Source: Scyliorhinus canicula (taxonomy: Eukaryota). From it: a stretch of 64,000 bases of DNA. The position numbers were made by a program, and so were the translations under genes. The notes beneath the pieces were generated by a model, which saw only the letters and a program-made list of their open reading frames with translations, had not been told where the DNA came from and ran no database searches. This document shows positions 22,090-34,269 of this stretch, piece by piece. The DNA lies in NCBI RefSeq assembly GCF_902713615.1, contig NW_024055654.1, positions 310,001 through 374,000 on the forward strand, given 5' to 3'. Position 1 is the stretch's first letter. The number at the start of each line of letters is the position of its first letter.

Positions 22090-23600
22090 AATTGGATTGG
22101 ATTGCATTTGTTTATTGTCACGTGTACCGAGGTACAGTGAAAAGTATTTTTCTGCGAGCAGCTCAACAGATCATTCAGTACATGGAAAAAAAAGGGAATA
22201 AAAGAAAATACATAATAGGGCAACACAAGGTACACAATGTAACTACACAAGCACCTGCATCGGGTAAAGCATACAGGGTGTAGAGTTAATGAGGTCAGTC
22301 AATAAGAGGATCGTTTAGGAGTCTGGTGACAGTGGGGAAGAAGCTGTTTTTGAGTGTTCGTGCGTGTTCTCAGACTTCTGTATCTCCTGCCCGATGGAAG
22401 AATTTGGAAGAGTGAGTAAGCCGGGTGGGAGGGATCTTTGATTAGGCTGCCCGCTTTCCTCAGGCAGCGGGAGGTGTAGATGGAGTCAATGGATGGGAGG
22501 CAGGTTCGTGTGATGGACTGGGCGGTGTTCATGACTCACTGAAGTTTCTTGCGGTTCTGGGCCGAGCAGTTGCCATACCAGGCTGTGATGCAGCCCGATA
22601 GGATGCTTTCTATGGTGCATCTGTAAAAGTTGGTAAGGGTTAATGTGGACATGCCGAATTTCCTTAGTTTCCTGAGGAAGTATAGGCGCTGTTGTGCTTT
22701 CTTGGTGGTAGCGTCAACATGGGTGAACCAGGACAGATTTTTGGAGATGTGCACTCCTAGGAATTTAAAACTGCTAACCATCTCCACCTCGGCCCCGATG
22801 ATGCTGACAGGGGTGTGCCACTACAGTACTTTGCTTCCTGAAGTCGATGACCAGCTCTTTAGTTTTGCTGGCATTAAGGGAGAGATTGTTGCCGCAGCAC
22901 CACTCCACTAGGTTCTCTATCTCCCTCCTGTATTCGGACTCGTCGTTATTCGAGATCCGGCCCACTATGGTCGCATCGTCAGCAGACTTGTAGATGGAGT
23001 TGGAACCACGTTTTGCCACGCAGTCGTGTGTACAGGGAGTAGAGTAGGGGCTAAGTACGCAGCCTTGCGGGGCACAGGTATTGAGGACTATTGTGGAGGA
23101 GGTGTTGTTGTTCATTCTTACTGATTGTGGTGATGGTCAGAAAGTCAAGGATCCAGTTGCAGAGTGGAGAGCCAAGTCCTAGGTTTTGGAGCTTTGATAT
23201 GAGCTTGGCTGGGATTATGGTGTTGAAGGCGGAGCTGTAGTCAATAAATAGGAGTCTGATGTAGGAGTCCTTGTTTTCGAGATGCTCTCGGGATGAGTGT
23301 CGGGCCAGGGAAATGGCATCTGATGTAGACTGGTTGCAAAGGTATGCAAATTGCAGTGGATCAAGGCGTTCTGGGAGTATGGAGGTGATGCGCTTCATGA
23401 TCAGCTTCTCGAAACACTTCATTACGACTGAAGTCGGGTCCACCGGACGGTAGTCATTGAGGCATGTTGCCTGGTTCTTCTTTGGTACCGGTATGATGGT
23501 GGTCTTCTTGAAGCAGGTGGGGGCCTCAGAGTGGAGTAGGGACAGGTTAAAGATGTGAATACCTCTGCCAGCTGACAGGCTCTGAGTGCACGACCAGGGA
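22090..23600 (-). mobile_element. Rex1/Babar-clade LINE, 5'-truncated, frameshifted RT
   Basis: [66 protein letters not shown]; 3' (CCAAT)n-like tail. Confidence 0.9.
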
Positions 23601-24034
23601 TCCGGTCCGGGCCCGTCGCCTTCCGAGGTTTCCAAAGAGCAGGGGAGATCTCCCTGGTTTACTGCTTAATATTCATCCCTCAACAAACATCACTGAACAG
23701 ATTCTCTGGTCACAATCACATTTCTGTTTGTGGGATCTTGGTGAATTGGCTGTGCTAAATTGCCCCTTAGTGTCCAAAGGTGATGTGGAGTTGCAGGGAG
23801 AGGGCGGAGGAAGGGGTAATGGGGGGCTGCTCTTTTGTAGGGTTGGTGCAAACTCGATGGCCGGATAGCCTCCTTCGGCACTGGAGGGATTCTATGATGC
23901 TGCCAGAGCTGTTGAGTTAATCTAGAATTTTCTGCTTTTATTCTATATCACACACCTTTTTAATCCACTGATTATATTTATTGAACCATTGTACCCACGA
24001 CTACCAGGAGCAGTGTGTTGATGTTTCAGCTATT

Positions 24035-24652
24035 CCGGCCTTGGGTGACTGTGTGGAGTTTGCACGTCCTCCCCGTGTCTGCGTGGGTTCCCTCCGGGTG
24101 CTCCAGTTTTCTCCCACAGTCCTAAGATGTGCAAGTTAGGTGGATTGGCCGTGCTAAATTGCCTTTAGTGTCCAAAAAAAAGTTAGGTGGAGTTACTGGG
24201 TTACGGGGATTGGTGGAGGCATGGGTTTAAGTAGGGTGCTCTTTCCAAGGGCTGGTGCAGACCCGAATGGCCTCCTTCTGCACTGTAAATTCTCTGATTC
24301 TGTATGATTTTCTCTCTCAATGTCTGATCCAATGGGTCTGTCTGGTAGCACTTACTTGATGGTAGCACAGTGGTTAGCGCTGTTGCTTCACAGCGCTAGG
24401 GTCCCGAGTTCAAATCCCGCTTGGGTCACCGTCTGTGCGGATTCTGCACGTTCTCCCCGTGTCTGCGTGGGTTTCCTCCGGGAGCTCCGGTTTCCTCCCA
24501 CAAGTCCTCAAAGACGTACTTGTTAGGTGAATTGGACATTCTGAATTTTCCCTGTGTACCCGAACATGTACCAGAGTGTGGCGACGATGGGCTTTTCACA
24601 GTAACTTCATTGTAGAGTTAATGAAAGCCTACTTTGACAATAATAATAATCT
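24035..24652 (+). mobile_element. Two SINE copies (24035-24310 CR1-type tail; 24360-24652 (ATT/AAT)n tail)
   Basis: V-core and tails. Confidence 0.75.
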
Positions 24653-24676
24653 TTATGTGTTATGGTGTTTGGTATA

Positions 24677-25010
24677 TTAAGGAGCAGGTAGAACTATCTT
24701 GATTCGGATTGTTGTCCCCTCAGATATTTGATCTGTTTTTGGCGAATGTGTCTGGAGTCTGAGTTCTTCCAGTCTGTCTGTCTCCAATTCTCCTTCCTGT
24801 CTGGGGTATATGGGTCTAGATAGCTTGGTGTTGTTTAGTTGTCTGTCTGTTTCCAGCAGGTATTGTTGTCTCTCGATAATGACTGTGCTGCTGTCCTTGT
24901 CTTCTGGTCTTATGAACATATTTGTGTTGGAGCCAAGCTCCCGGATTGTCTCTCTTTCTCTCCGGGTGAGATTCTGTTTGTCTCTTGTATTTCACTGTGA
25001 CAGGGCAGAG
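24677..25010 (-). mobile_element. Penelope-like RT fragment
   Basis: IRPEDKDSSTVIIERQQYLLETDRQL resembles the PLE motif IKPADKG..VVIMD...Y..E..RQL. Confidence 0.6.
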
Positions 25011-25014
25011 ACCT

Positions 25015-25560
25015 GATTGAAGGGATTCAAACATGGGAGTTCTGGGAAAGATAGGCAAGGATTTGGGAGGTGGCAATATGTTCAAAGAGTTTGGAGAGGA
25101 GAGGGAGGTTGAAGATGGGGCAGTAATTTGTAAGGATGGCAGGGTCAAGGGTTTGTTTTATTGAGGAGGGGGCAATGATGGCAGATTTGAAGGACAGAGG
25201 GACAGTACCTGAAGAGTGAGAAATGTTGACAATATCCGTGGACACAGGGTAGTTGGCTGATCAGTAGCTCAGTGGGAATAGGGTCGATGGAGCAGGAGCT
25301 GTGTCTCATGGACAAGATGAGCTCTGAGAGGGCATGAGGGGAGATGGGAGAGAAACTAGAGAAAGATGTGGGTTCAGGGCTCGGGAAAGGATAAAATTTA
25401 AAGACAGTTTGGTCCGGTGGGCTCGTGGAAGGGAGGGAAGCAGCAGAGGCAGCTGATCGGATTGACTCAATCTCAGTCACAAAGAAGCTCCACAAGCTCC
25501 TCACACTTCTTGTTGGAGGTGAGGATGGAAGAGACAGGGGAGAGCGAGAGTACTTCAAAA
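25015..25560 (-). mobile_element. L2-clade LINE fragment
   Basis: SGTVPLSFKSAII.P...TLDP..L.NY.PI.NLP.LSKL.E and SC.IDPIPT.LL motifs. Confidence 0.7.
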
Positions 25561-25750
25561 GGAACTAACTTGTGTCAGAGATATTAGAAAGTTTCAACAC
25601 ACTGTGTATGTCGCACAATCTAATTTATTTGACTTTTAGCCAGAATATTAGCCCCTGTAAATGGGCTGGAGTTTGTCATCAGCTGAAAGAGACCCAAATG
25701 AACATGGTTCAGTCCTGAGTGTGAGTAACAGCAAAACCCAATCACTGTCG

Positions 25751-26620
25751 TTACTTGTGGCCTCGTTGGTGTCTCAGCAGGGAGGATGACTGAGTGAATC
25801 CCTTCCCACACTCCGAGCAGGCGAATGGCCGCTCTCTGGTGTGAACTCGCTGGTGTGTCTGTAGGTTAGACGACTGGGTGAATCCCTTCCCACACTTGGA
25901 GCAGGTGAATGGCCTCTCCCCAGTGTGAATTCGCTGGTGCTTCTGCAGGACGAATGAAGTGGTGAATCTCTTCCCACACTTGGAGCAAATGAACGGTCTC
26001 GTCCCAGCGTGAATTCGCTGATGTACAGTGAGGTGAGATGAGTGTCTGAACCCAGTCCCACAGTGAGAGCACCTGAATGGTCTCTCGTCAGTGTGAACAC
26101 GTTGATGGAGCATCTGTTCCCCAGAACTTTTAAAGCACTTCCCACAGTCTGGACATTGGAACGGTCTCTCCCCAGTGTGAATTCGCTGGTGTCTCAACAG
26201 GTGGGATGACTGAGTGAATCCCTTCCCACACTTGGAGCAGGTGAATCGTCTCTTCCCTGTGTGAATTCGCTGGTGTCTCAACAGGTGGGATGACTGAGTA
26301 AATCCCTTCCCACACTTGGAGCAGGTGAATGGTCTCTCCCCAGTGTGAATTCGTTGGTGTGTGGACAGAGTGGATGACTGAGTGAATCCCTTCCCACACT
26401 TGGAGCAGGTGAATGGTCTCTCCCCAGTGTGACTGCGTCGATGAATTTCCAGCTGGGATGGGGAAGTGAATCCTTTCCCACAGTCCACACATTTCCACGG
26501 TTTCTCCTCAGTGTGACTACATTTATGGCTTGTGAGGCCTGATGATCGAGCGAATCCTCGTCCACACACACAACACGTGTACGGTTTCTCCCCACTGTGA
26601 ACAATATTTTTTCCTTCCAT
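25751..26620 (-). CDS. C2H2 zinc-finger protein ZNF-A, 10 fingers (289 aa from ATG 26620)
   Basis: Open frame of tandem fingers; the ORF-track start at 26824 lies upstream of the acceptor tttcacag| (exon begins 26728), so MEGKNIVH is the likelier start. Confidence 0.88.
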   Translation of the reverse strand: MEGKNIVHSGEKPYTCCVCGRGFARSSGLTSHKCSHTEEKPWKCVDCGKGFTSPSQLEIHRRSHTGERPFTCSKCGKGFTQSSTLSTHQRIHTGERPFTCSKCGKGFTQSSHLLRHQRIHTGKRRFTCSKCGKGFTQSSHLLRHQRIHTGERPFQCPDCGKCFKSSGEQMLHQRVHTDERPFRCSHCGTGFRHSSHLTVHQRIHAGTRPFICSKCGKRFTTSFVLQKHQRIHTGERPFTCSKCGKGFTQSSNLQTHQRVHTRERPFACSECGKGFTQSSSLLRHQRGHK

Positions 26621-27024
26621 GTTCAAAATCCGATGATATTCAAGATATGATAAATTGAGGACTCGGTCAGATCCTGATGTGATGCTTGGTTCGAGTTTCC
26701 AGACTTTGAAGCCTCCCCTTCGAACACCCTGTGAAACTGATTTAAAACAGAAAATAGGGAGTGAGAGACAACCCACAAAAACACAAAGGCAGGTTGTCAA
26801 ATTGAGCTGAATGAATCTCGTCATTTGTGGGGCCGGCTCTGGGAAAAAGTGACCATGAAAACTGCTTGATTGTCAGAAAAACCCACCTGGCCTCTTTGGG
26901 AGGAGAGAGAAAGAGGCGAAGAGGGATTTTGTATATCTACAAGATATATTAAGAGAGTAGTTGGCAAAGCAAATTTGATCTTGAGCTTCATAAACAGTAA
27001 TATTGAAACCAAAACTATGCTTCT

Positions 27025-27337
27025 GGTGGCACAGTGATTAGCACTGCTGCCTCACAGCGCCAGGGACCCGGGTTCAATTCTGGCCTTGGTGACTGTGTGG
27101 AGTTTGCACTTTCTCAACATGTCTGCGTCCAAAGAAGGGCAAGTTCAGTGGATTGGCCTTGATAAATTGCCCCTTCATGTCCAGGGATGTGCAGGTTAGG
27201 AGGGGCTATGGGGTTACAAGGAAAGGGTAGAGTGTGGGCCTAGGCAGGATACCCTTTCAGAGAATCAGTGCAGACTCGATGGGCCGAATGGGCTCCTTCT
27301 GCACTGTAGGAATTCTATGGTTCTAATTCTATTCTAT
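27025..27337 (+). mobile_element. SINE copy, shared by duplication with 62720-63058
   Basis: Same position relative to the ZNF in both inverted copies. Confidence 0.75.
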
Positions 27338-27459
27338 GAATCTTTATGAAGCTCTGGCCACCACTCTTCAGGAAGAATGTGAAGGTTCTTGGAGACGGTG
27401 CAGAGGAGATTTACCAGAATGGTTCCAGCAAAGAAGGTTGAGGGGAGATTTGGTCTAAT

Positions 27460-28426
27460 GCAGGTAGGGAATATACAGTGAATAGAAGAACCCTGAAGAG
27501 TATTGAAAGTCAGAGGGATCTAGGTGTACAGGTCCATAGGTCACTGAAAGGGGCAACCCAGGTGGAGAAGGTAGTCAAGGAGGCATACGGCATGGTTGAC
27601 TTCATTGGCCGAGGTATTGAGTATAAGAAACAAAAGGGAAAATGCTGGAAAATCTCAGCAAGTCTGGCAGCATCTGTAGGGAGAGAAAAGAGCTAATGTT
27701 TCGAGTCTGATGACTCTTTGTCAAAGTTGAATATTGGCAAGTCATGTTGCAGCTCTATAGAATCTTAGTTAGGCCACACTTGGAGTATAGTGTTCAATTC
27801 TGGTCGCCACACTACCAGAAGGATGTGGAGGCTTTAGAGAGGGTGCAGAAGAGATTTACCAGGATGTTGCCTGGTATGGAGGGCATTAGCTATGAGGAGA
27901 GGTTGAATAAACTTGGTTTGTTCTCACTGGAACTAAGGAGGTTGAGGGGTGACTTGATAAGAGGTCTGCAAAATTATGAGGGGCATAGACAGAGTAGATA
28001 GTCAGAGACATTTTTCCCAGGGTAGAGGGGTCAATTACTAGGGGCATAGGTTTAAGGTGCAAGGGGCAAGGCATACCTCTTCATTCACCTGAGGAAGGAG
28101 TAGTGCTCCGAAAGCTAGTGTTTGAAACAAACATGTTGGACTTTAACCTGGTGTTGTAAGACTTGTTACTAAGGGGCAAGGTTTACAGATGTACGAGGCA
28201 AATTTTTTTTATACAGAGAGTAGTGGGTGCCTGGAACCCGCTACCAGAAGAGGTGGTGGAAGCAGGGACGATAGTGACATTTAAGGGGCATTTTGACAAA
28301 TACATGAATAGGATGGGAATAGAGGAATACAGATCCAGGAAGTGTAGAAGATTTTAGTTTAGTCGGGCAGCATGATGGGCACGGGCTTGGAGGGCCGAAG
28401 GGCCTGTTCCTGTGCTGTACTTTTCT
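27460..28426 (+). mobile_element. CR1-like LINE 3' part with nested Penelope-like terminal fragments
   Basis: [41 protein letters not shown]; inserts at ~27627-27727, ~28072-28168 and ~28426-28545. Confidence 0.85.
28086..28120 (+). ncRNA. Minimal type I hammerhead ribozyme motif (Penelope-like), copy 1
   Basis: CAC-CTGAGGA-A-GGAGT(agt)GCTCC-GAAA-GCTA-GTG. Confidence 0.7.
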
Positions 28427-28427
28427 T

Positions 28428-28462
28428 CACCTGAGGAAGGAGCAGTGCTCCGAAAGCTCGTG
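28428..28462 (+). ncRNA. Minimal type I hammerhead ribozyme motif (Penelope-like), copy 2
   Basis: CAC-CTGAGGA-A-GGAGC(agt)GCTCC-GAAA-GCTC-GTG. Confidence 0.72.
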
Positions 28463-28729
28463 TTTGAAACAAACCTGTTGGACTTTAACCTGGTGTAAGA
28501 CTTCTTACTGTGCTCACCCCAGTCCAACGCCGGCATCTCCACATCACGTACTTTTCTATGTTCTTTTAGTTTTATATAGACAGATTTATTCTGTTAAAGA
28601 CACAATATAAACACAAATGATCGTCATTGACCTGATATCATTGTTCAGCGCCATCGATAATAAATTGGAGGTGAAAAGTGAAGCTGTTTAATGAACAATT
28701 TATTCGCTGTCACTGGGTAATTTCAAAAA

Positions 28730-29320
28730 TATTGCCCCTAACAAAGATGGAGGGTGCGCATGCGCTGTCGCCACCATTACCTTCAATAAAGATATCGATT
28801 GCGCATGCGTCCTGCTCCCAGTGCCCCCGACAAAGATGGCGGACATTAACCCGGGTTTGGAACTGTGGAAAGCTGCGGCCCTGCTCTGTGCAAAGGGCGG
28901 GAACCCATCCCGGATATCGGTAGGTTATTTTTCATGGGTTTGCGTTTCATAGAACATGTTTACAAAGCTTCTCCAAATCCCCGCCTGATCCATAGCTCCC
29001 CCCGGTTCCGCCATACCCACCTCTGCGGATTATTGAACCGAGAAAGAACCGACTCTGTGCCGCCATTAATCACTGCGCATGCCTCACACGACCGAGCCCA
29101 GCCCGGCCCTCGTTCACTGGGATTGGTTGGAGGACCAGTCACTCCCGCTCGGTCCTCCAGTCCCGACTCCTCTTTCCCTATTGGCCGGAGATGCCGTCAA
29201 TCATTCCCCGGACATTGTGAGTTACCAGGTGAGAGGTCAGTGATTATCCGCCGCTTCCGGTTTCGCTCCACAAACAACCTCATAGAGACCAGGGGGGAGA
29301 CACTGACCCAGTGACAATGT
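28730..29320. promoter_or_regulatory. Putative bidirectional promoter cassette between ZNF-A (-) and ZNF-B (+)
   Basis: NRF1 TGCGCATGCG at 28755 and 28800, YY1 AAGATGGCGG at 28833, inverted CCAAT boxes, donor CAG|GTGAGA after 29228. Confidence 0.7.
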
Positions 29321-29958
29321 CACTGCATTAGTCATCCAGAGAGACAGGAAAATGTTCTGGGGACATGAGCTCCAATCCATTCAATTAATAAAATCTGGAA
29401 TTTAAAGTTAGTCTCAATGATGGTGACTGAGAAAATCTCCAGAGTCAGTTCTGGACACAAGGTTAACGTCTGTTACTGTGTCTGCTCAGTCAGGGTGATT
29501 CAGATTCATGTCTGTGACAAATCATGAGTGAATTTATCTCCAGATCGTTAAAAGGATCTGGAAACAATTCGCCAAAACATTTTTGGATTTCAGCCCAATA
29601 AAGAGGGAGAGTGTGTGGGATGGGGATTCACAGTTCTGGGAGAACGAGAAGGAAAAAATGTTCTAGAGAAACTGGAATTGTCTGTTCAAAATTTCTATTC
29701 TGGACTGACACTGGGTACTCCTGTAATCTCCTTTTACAGGATATTTATTGGGAAGGATTTGCAGATGGGAAACTCAAACCAATACATCACATCAAGATCT
29801 GACACAGGCACTCAGTTAATGAGGATCTGAATATCACGGACCTCTGAATCTAGAAAAATACATTTATTGCCTTGCTGTCTGTGGGAAAAGCTTTCAAACT
29901 CGTGTGACTGGAAAAACACAGAGGCACACACACATCAGAGTGAGAATGGTTCAGTAAA

Positions 29959-30297
29959 CGCACGGTAGCATGGTGGTTAGCATAAATACTTCACAGCTCC
30001 AGGGTCCCAGGTTCGATTCCCGGCTGGGTCACTGTCTGTGTGGAGTCTGCACGTCCTCCCCGTGTGTGCGTGGGTTTCCTCCGGGTACTCCGGTTTCCTC
30101 CCACAGTCCAAAGATGTGCGGGTTAGGTGGATTGACCATGCTAAATTGCCCGTAGTGTCCTAAAAAGTAAGGTTAAGGGAGGGGGTTGTTGGGTTACGGG
30201 TATCGGGTGGATACGTGGGTTTGAGTAGGGTGATCATGGCTCGGCACAACATCGAGGGCCGAAGGGCCTGTTCTGTGCTGTACTGTTCTATGTTCTA
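29959..30297 (+). mobile_element. Young SINE (CR1-type tail) inserted in the 5' part of the ZNF-B exon
   Basis: Near-identical to 40230-40570 (reverse) and 58659-58995; lies after the acceptor at 29739. Confidence 0.85.
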
Positions 30298-30418
30298 AAC
30301 TGACTGTTGAAAGAGCTTTTACCACTTCCACCTGAAAATAACATTGCACCAGTGTCAGTGTGGAGAAATATTAAATGTGTTCTGTGTATGGACATTGTGT
30401 TAACTAGGCTCCGGCTGT

Positions 30419-31186
30419 ATGGAGAAACTGTGGAAATGTGAGGACTGTGGGAAAGGATTCAATTAGCCATCCCATCTGGAAATCCATCGACGTCGCCATA
30501 CTGGACCCAGCACCACAGAGAAACTTTGTAAATGTGGGGATTGTGGGAAAGGATTCTATTACCTATCCCTGCTGAGAAACCATTGACGCATTCACACTGG
30601 GGAGATGTCATTCACCTGCTCAGCGTGTGGGAAGGGGTTTACTCAATTAGCAGGCCTTGCAATACACCAGCGAGTTCACACCAGGGAGAGGCCATTCATC
30701 TGCTTGGAGTGTGGGAAGGGATTCACAAATTCATTCCACTTGCTAACACACCAGCTTACTCACACTGAGGAGAAGTCATTCAACTGTACTCACTGTGGAA
30801 ATAAGTTCAGGTCTTCAGCCAACCTCACCGCACACCAGCGTGTTCACACTGGGGAGAAGCCGTACACCTGCTCCGTGTGTGGGGAGGAATTTGCTCAGTT
30901 ATCCAGCCTCCAGTACCACCAGGGAGTTCACAATCAGGAGAGGCAATTCAGCTGCACTTTGTGTGGAAAGAATTTCACGTCTTCATCCAATCTCATTGAA
31001 CACCAGTGAGGTCACACCGGGGGAAGGCCTTTATCTGCTCTGTGTGTGGGAAGGGATTCACGAAGTCCACCAACTTGGTGATACAAGCGAATTCACACTG
31101 GGGAGAGACCGTTCACCTGCTCTGTGTGGGGGAAGGAATTCACTGAGGCAGCTAAAGAGCGGCGACATCAGCAAGTTCACAAGTGA
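30419..31186 (+). pseudogene. C2H2 zinc-finger pseudogene ZNF-B
   Basis: ATG GAG AAA start, in-frame stops at 30464 (TAG), 30584 and 31007 (TGA), later frameshifts. Confidence 0.85.
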
Positions 31187-31599
31187 CTTAAGGGATTGGA
31201 TTCTGTTCCTTTTGCTGCTGCTAATCACATCCAGGATTGATCATCTGACAATATCCGGTTTGATTCTGCTGATATTAACAATCCCTGGAGTTTAATATTC
31301 TGGAGATGTCACTGATTTTCAGGGCTGCTGTGTCCCTTTTTAAAAGCACCACCTGTGATCTCTCTCCCTAATTCAAAAACTGACAAGAGGAATTTGTGTA
31401 CAATAAAATTATTAACTTTGACTTCAATCCTAAACTGAATTTAAGTGCAAAATCTACAATTGAGTGTGTGAAAGGTTCCACTGATTAACATCTCCAATGA
31501 GAAAGTGTTGGTTGATCCTGCTGACTATTCTCACTGACTTGTGCATTCTTCAGTGACGCCTCCATGATGAAATTATATTGTGAAGGAACATGAAATTAA

Positions 31600-32400
31600 A
31601 CGGTAACAATTTTGCAGAAACATTGGTAAAAGCTGAAGGCAAAGTCTACCTCATGCAGAAGATAAACCCAACAGCTGGAACACTGCATCACTCGAAAGTC
31701 ACCAAGAGAGTTGTGTAAAATACAGAGACATGGTGTGTAAATAAACAATGGATCAGCCGACATCGGGAAATCCAAACTGCCTGTGACAGTGAATATGTGC
31801 TTGCTGTGCATGAGGGATTAAGAGGCTGCTTGGTTCTCCCATCAACAAAGATATTGACAAATGGTGAGCTTCTCACAGTCAGAAGAAACCAGATGTCCCA
31901 TTGGGTTGACCATGTCTGTGTGCTGTACCCCTGTGAGACGGACATCTCCCAGTCTCTGTTTCGAGTCTCCTGCAGCTTCCTGTCATGGTTGAGTTAGACA
32001 AGGAATCCTCGCCATGCGTTCGAAAAAGCCATTGATCGCTGAGCAAGCAGAGGCACCCGGCAAGGATGGAATTCCAGCTGAACTGTGCAAACATGGAAAG
32101 TCCCATCGACTGTCACACCTTCATGATGTCTTGTTGTTTATGGATGTAAGACTGGTTCACAGAACATGTGTGATGCAATAACCATAGCAATCTGCAAAAG
32201 GAAAGGTGACAGAGAAGACCACAACAACTCCAGGAACATCTCACTCCTTAAAGTCACTGTGAAGGCCTTCACTCGGGTCATGGTTACAAAATCTTCACTG
32301 TCCTGCAGACTGAGTTTATCCAGAAGCACAGTGCGGTTTCTGTGCTGACAGATCTACAATGAACATGATCTTCTCCACACACCAGCTACAAGATAAGTGA
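31600..32400 (+). mobile_element. Degraded RTE-clade LINE fragment
   Basis: DA.I..I.K.KGDR.D.NN.R.ISLL and QCGF.ADRST..MIF remnants. Confidence 0.6.
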
Positions 32401-33439
32401 ACAATTGGAATTTAATCTAAAATGCTGCCCGTTCCTGTGCTGGGAAAAGTGAAATGTTTTAATTACGGAGTGAAAGTAAACCTTTCAGTGTGAATCACAA
32501 TTTACTGGTACAATTGGAAATGGCACCAAAATGTTTGAATCCCTGAAGATAAACGTCAGCCCTGAAGTTATGTTTCGGAGTTCACAAGCTGTGGGAAGCT
32601 CCACTCTCTTTTACACTTGTTGGTCTAAGAAGGTTGAAGTTTACCTTGAAAGCTAATTTTTATTTTCCTTCAGTTTATTCCAGTCATTTAGAAAGGTGCC
32701 TGAAGCAGAATGAAAAGAAAAACAATTGGGCAAAACTAAAAAAACAAAAACCCAAAAGAACTGGCGCTAAAAGTTGAAAATGGTTCACCTTTGATCTGAA
32801 AAGTCATTTAAAGTTGACACAGTTGACAATGTTTGTTTGTCCCGTTTGGAAACAGAAGTTAACCCTTTCCACTGACGGCATGGGGATAACTTGAACTAAA
32901 GACTTTTGTCTTCTAAAGATCTGACTTCATCCCATTTGTTATCTTTCAGGACAAAGTGTTTGCGAACAGGAGATATGGGAGTTATCTCCAAACTGATCGC
33001 AAATACTTCTGTTTCTGATGAAAAAACACCAGATTATGTGAATATTGAATTGGAAAGGAAAGTTTCTCCGGGGCTCAGAATGGTAATTAATGTAATGTTT
33101 CACTGAGAATAAAGGAGAAAAATCACAGCAGCAAATGGGAATGACTCAGCCTGAGTATTGTTGATGGAATCTGTCAATCTCTGAGGGAAGATGATGGTGT
33201 TGTGAAATGAAATGAAAATGAAAATTGCTTATTGTCATGAGTAGGCTTCAAATGAAGTTACTGTGAAAAGTCCCTAGTCGCCACATTCCGGTGCCTGTTC
33301 GGGGAGGCTGGTACGGGTTTATCTGGTGTTGTGGTAATGTCACTGGGTCAGTAATCCACAATCATGTGGCTGACTCCTAACTGCCTCTGAATTGGGCTGA
33401 GGGACATTTGCATTCCCTGAAAGAATGAATTTAAAAACA

Positions 33440-33748
33440 TAATAATCTTTATTGTCACAAGTAGGCTTACATTAACACTGCAATGAAGTTTCTGTGAAAA
33501 ACCCCTAGTCGCCACATCCCCTAGAAGCCCGTTCGGGTACACAGATGGAGAATTCAGAATGTCCAATTCACCGAACAGAATGTCTTTTGGGACTTGTGGG
33601 AGGAAACCGGCGCACCCGGAGTAAACCCACGCAGACACGGGGAGAACATGCAGACTCCACACAGACAGTGACCCAAGCCGGAAATCGAATCTGGGACTCT
33701 GGCGCTGTGTATCAACAGTGCTACCCACTGTGCTACCCATGCTGCCCA
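33440..33748 (-). mobile_element. SINE, (ATT)n tail variant
   Basis: Full head-core-tail on the minus strand. Confidence 0.8.
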
Positions 33749-34269
33749 ATCTAGATTCAGAAGAGCTGGGGAATTTTTTTAAGTCCGTGCATGAACTTTT
33801 GTTCAATTGATATTTCCAACATATTTTATGTTATATTTGTGGCATGACAAGAATTTAGAATTGTCAGGCATGATCTGCAGGTGGGGAGGATGAATCTGAG
33901 TCGATGGTTATCACATTTTACTGCTCACAGCTTAGAAATAGCTGGGTTAGTCAGAAATCAGTTGTGTGTAGTCAGTAAGGATATTCCCTTCTCCAGGTTG
34001 GGAGATCTGTAAGACGTCCTTGTCCAAGAACCGTATAAAATCTTAAATGTATTGCCTCTGTTCGGAATAGCTCCCTCTCTCTCTCTTGTGAAGAAAGCTT
34101 CCTGGGTTGACAAACACAGGACAGTGTTGGCCTGTTTTCTCTGCCAAGGACTTGTCTCGAGCACAGAACCTGAAACAAGATAAATGTGAGAGGGTGTGAG
34201 GATCTGAGGACCCATATGTAAACCTGCAGCTGTGTAAAGGTTAAACATAGATCCGAGCAAGCAATGAAC

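Noticed and set aside
26621-26824. 68-aa N-terminal extension of ZNF-A
   Set aside because: Crosses the polypyrimidine tract and shared acceptor; the paralogous region at 63205-63456 is not in frame with its fingers
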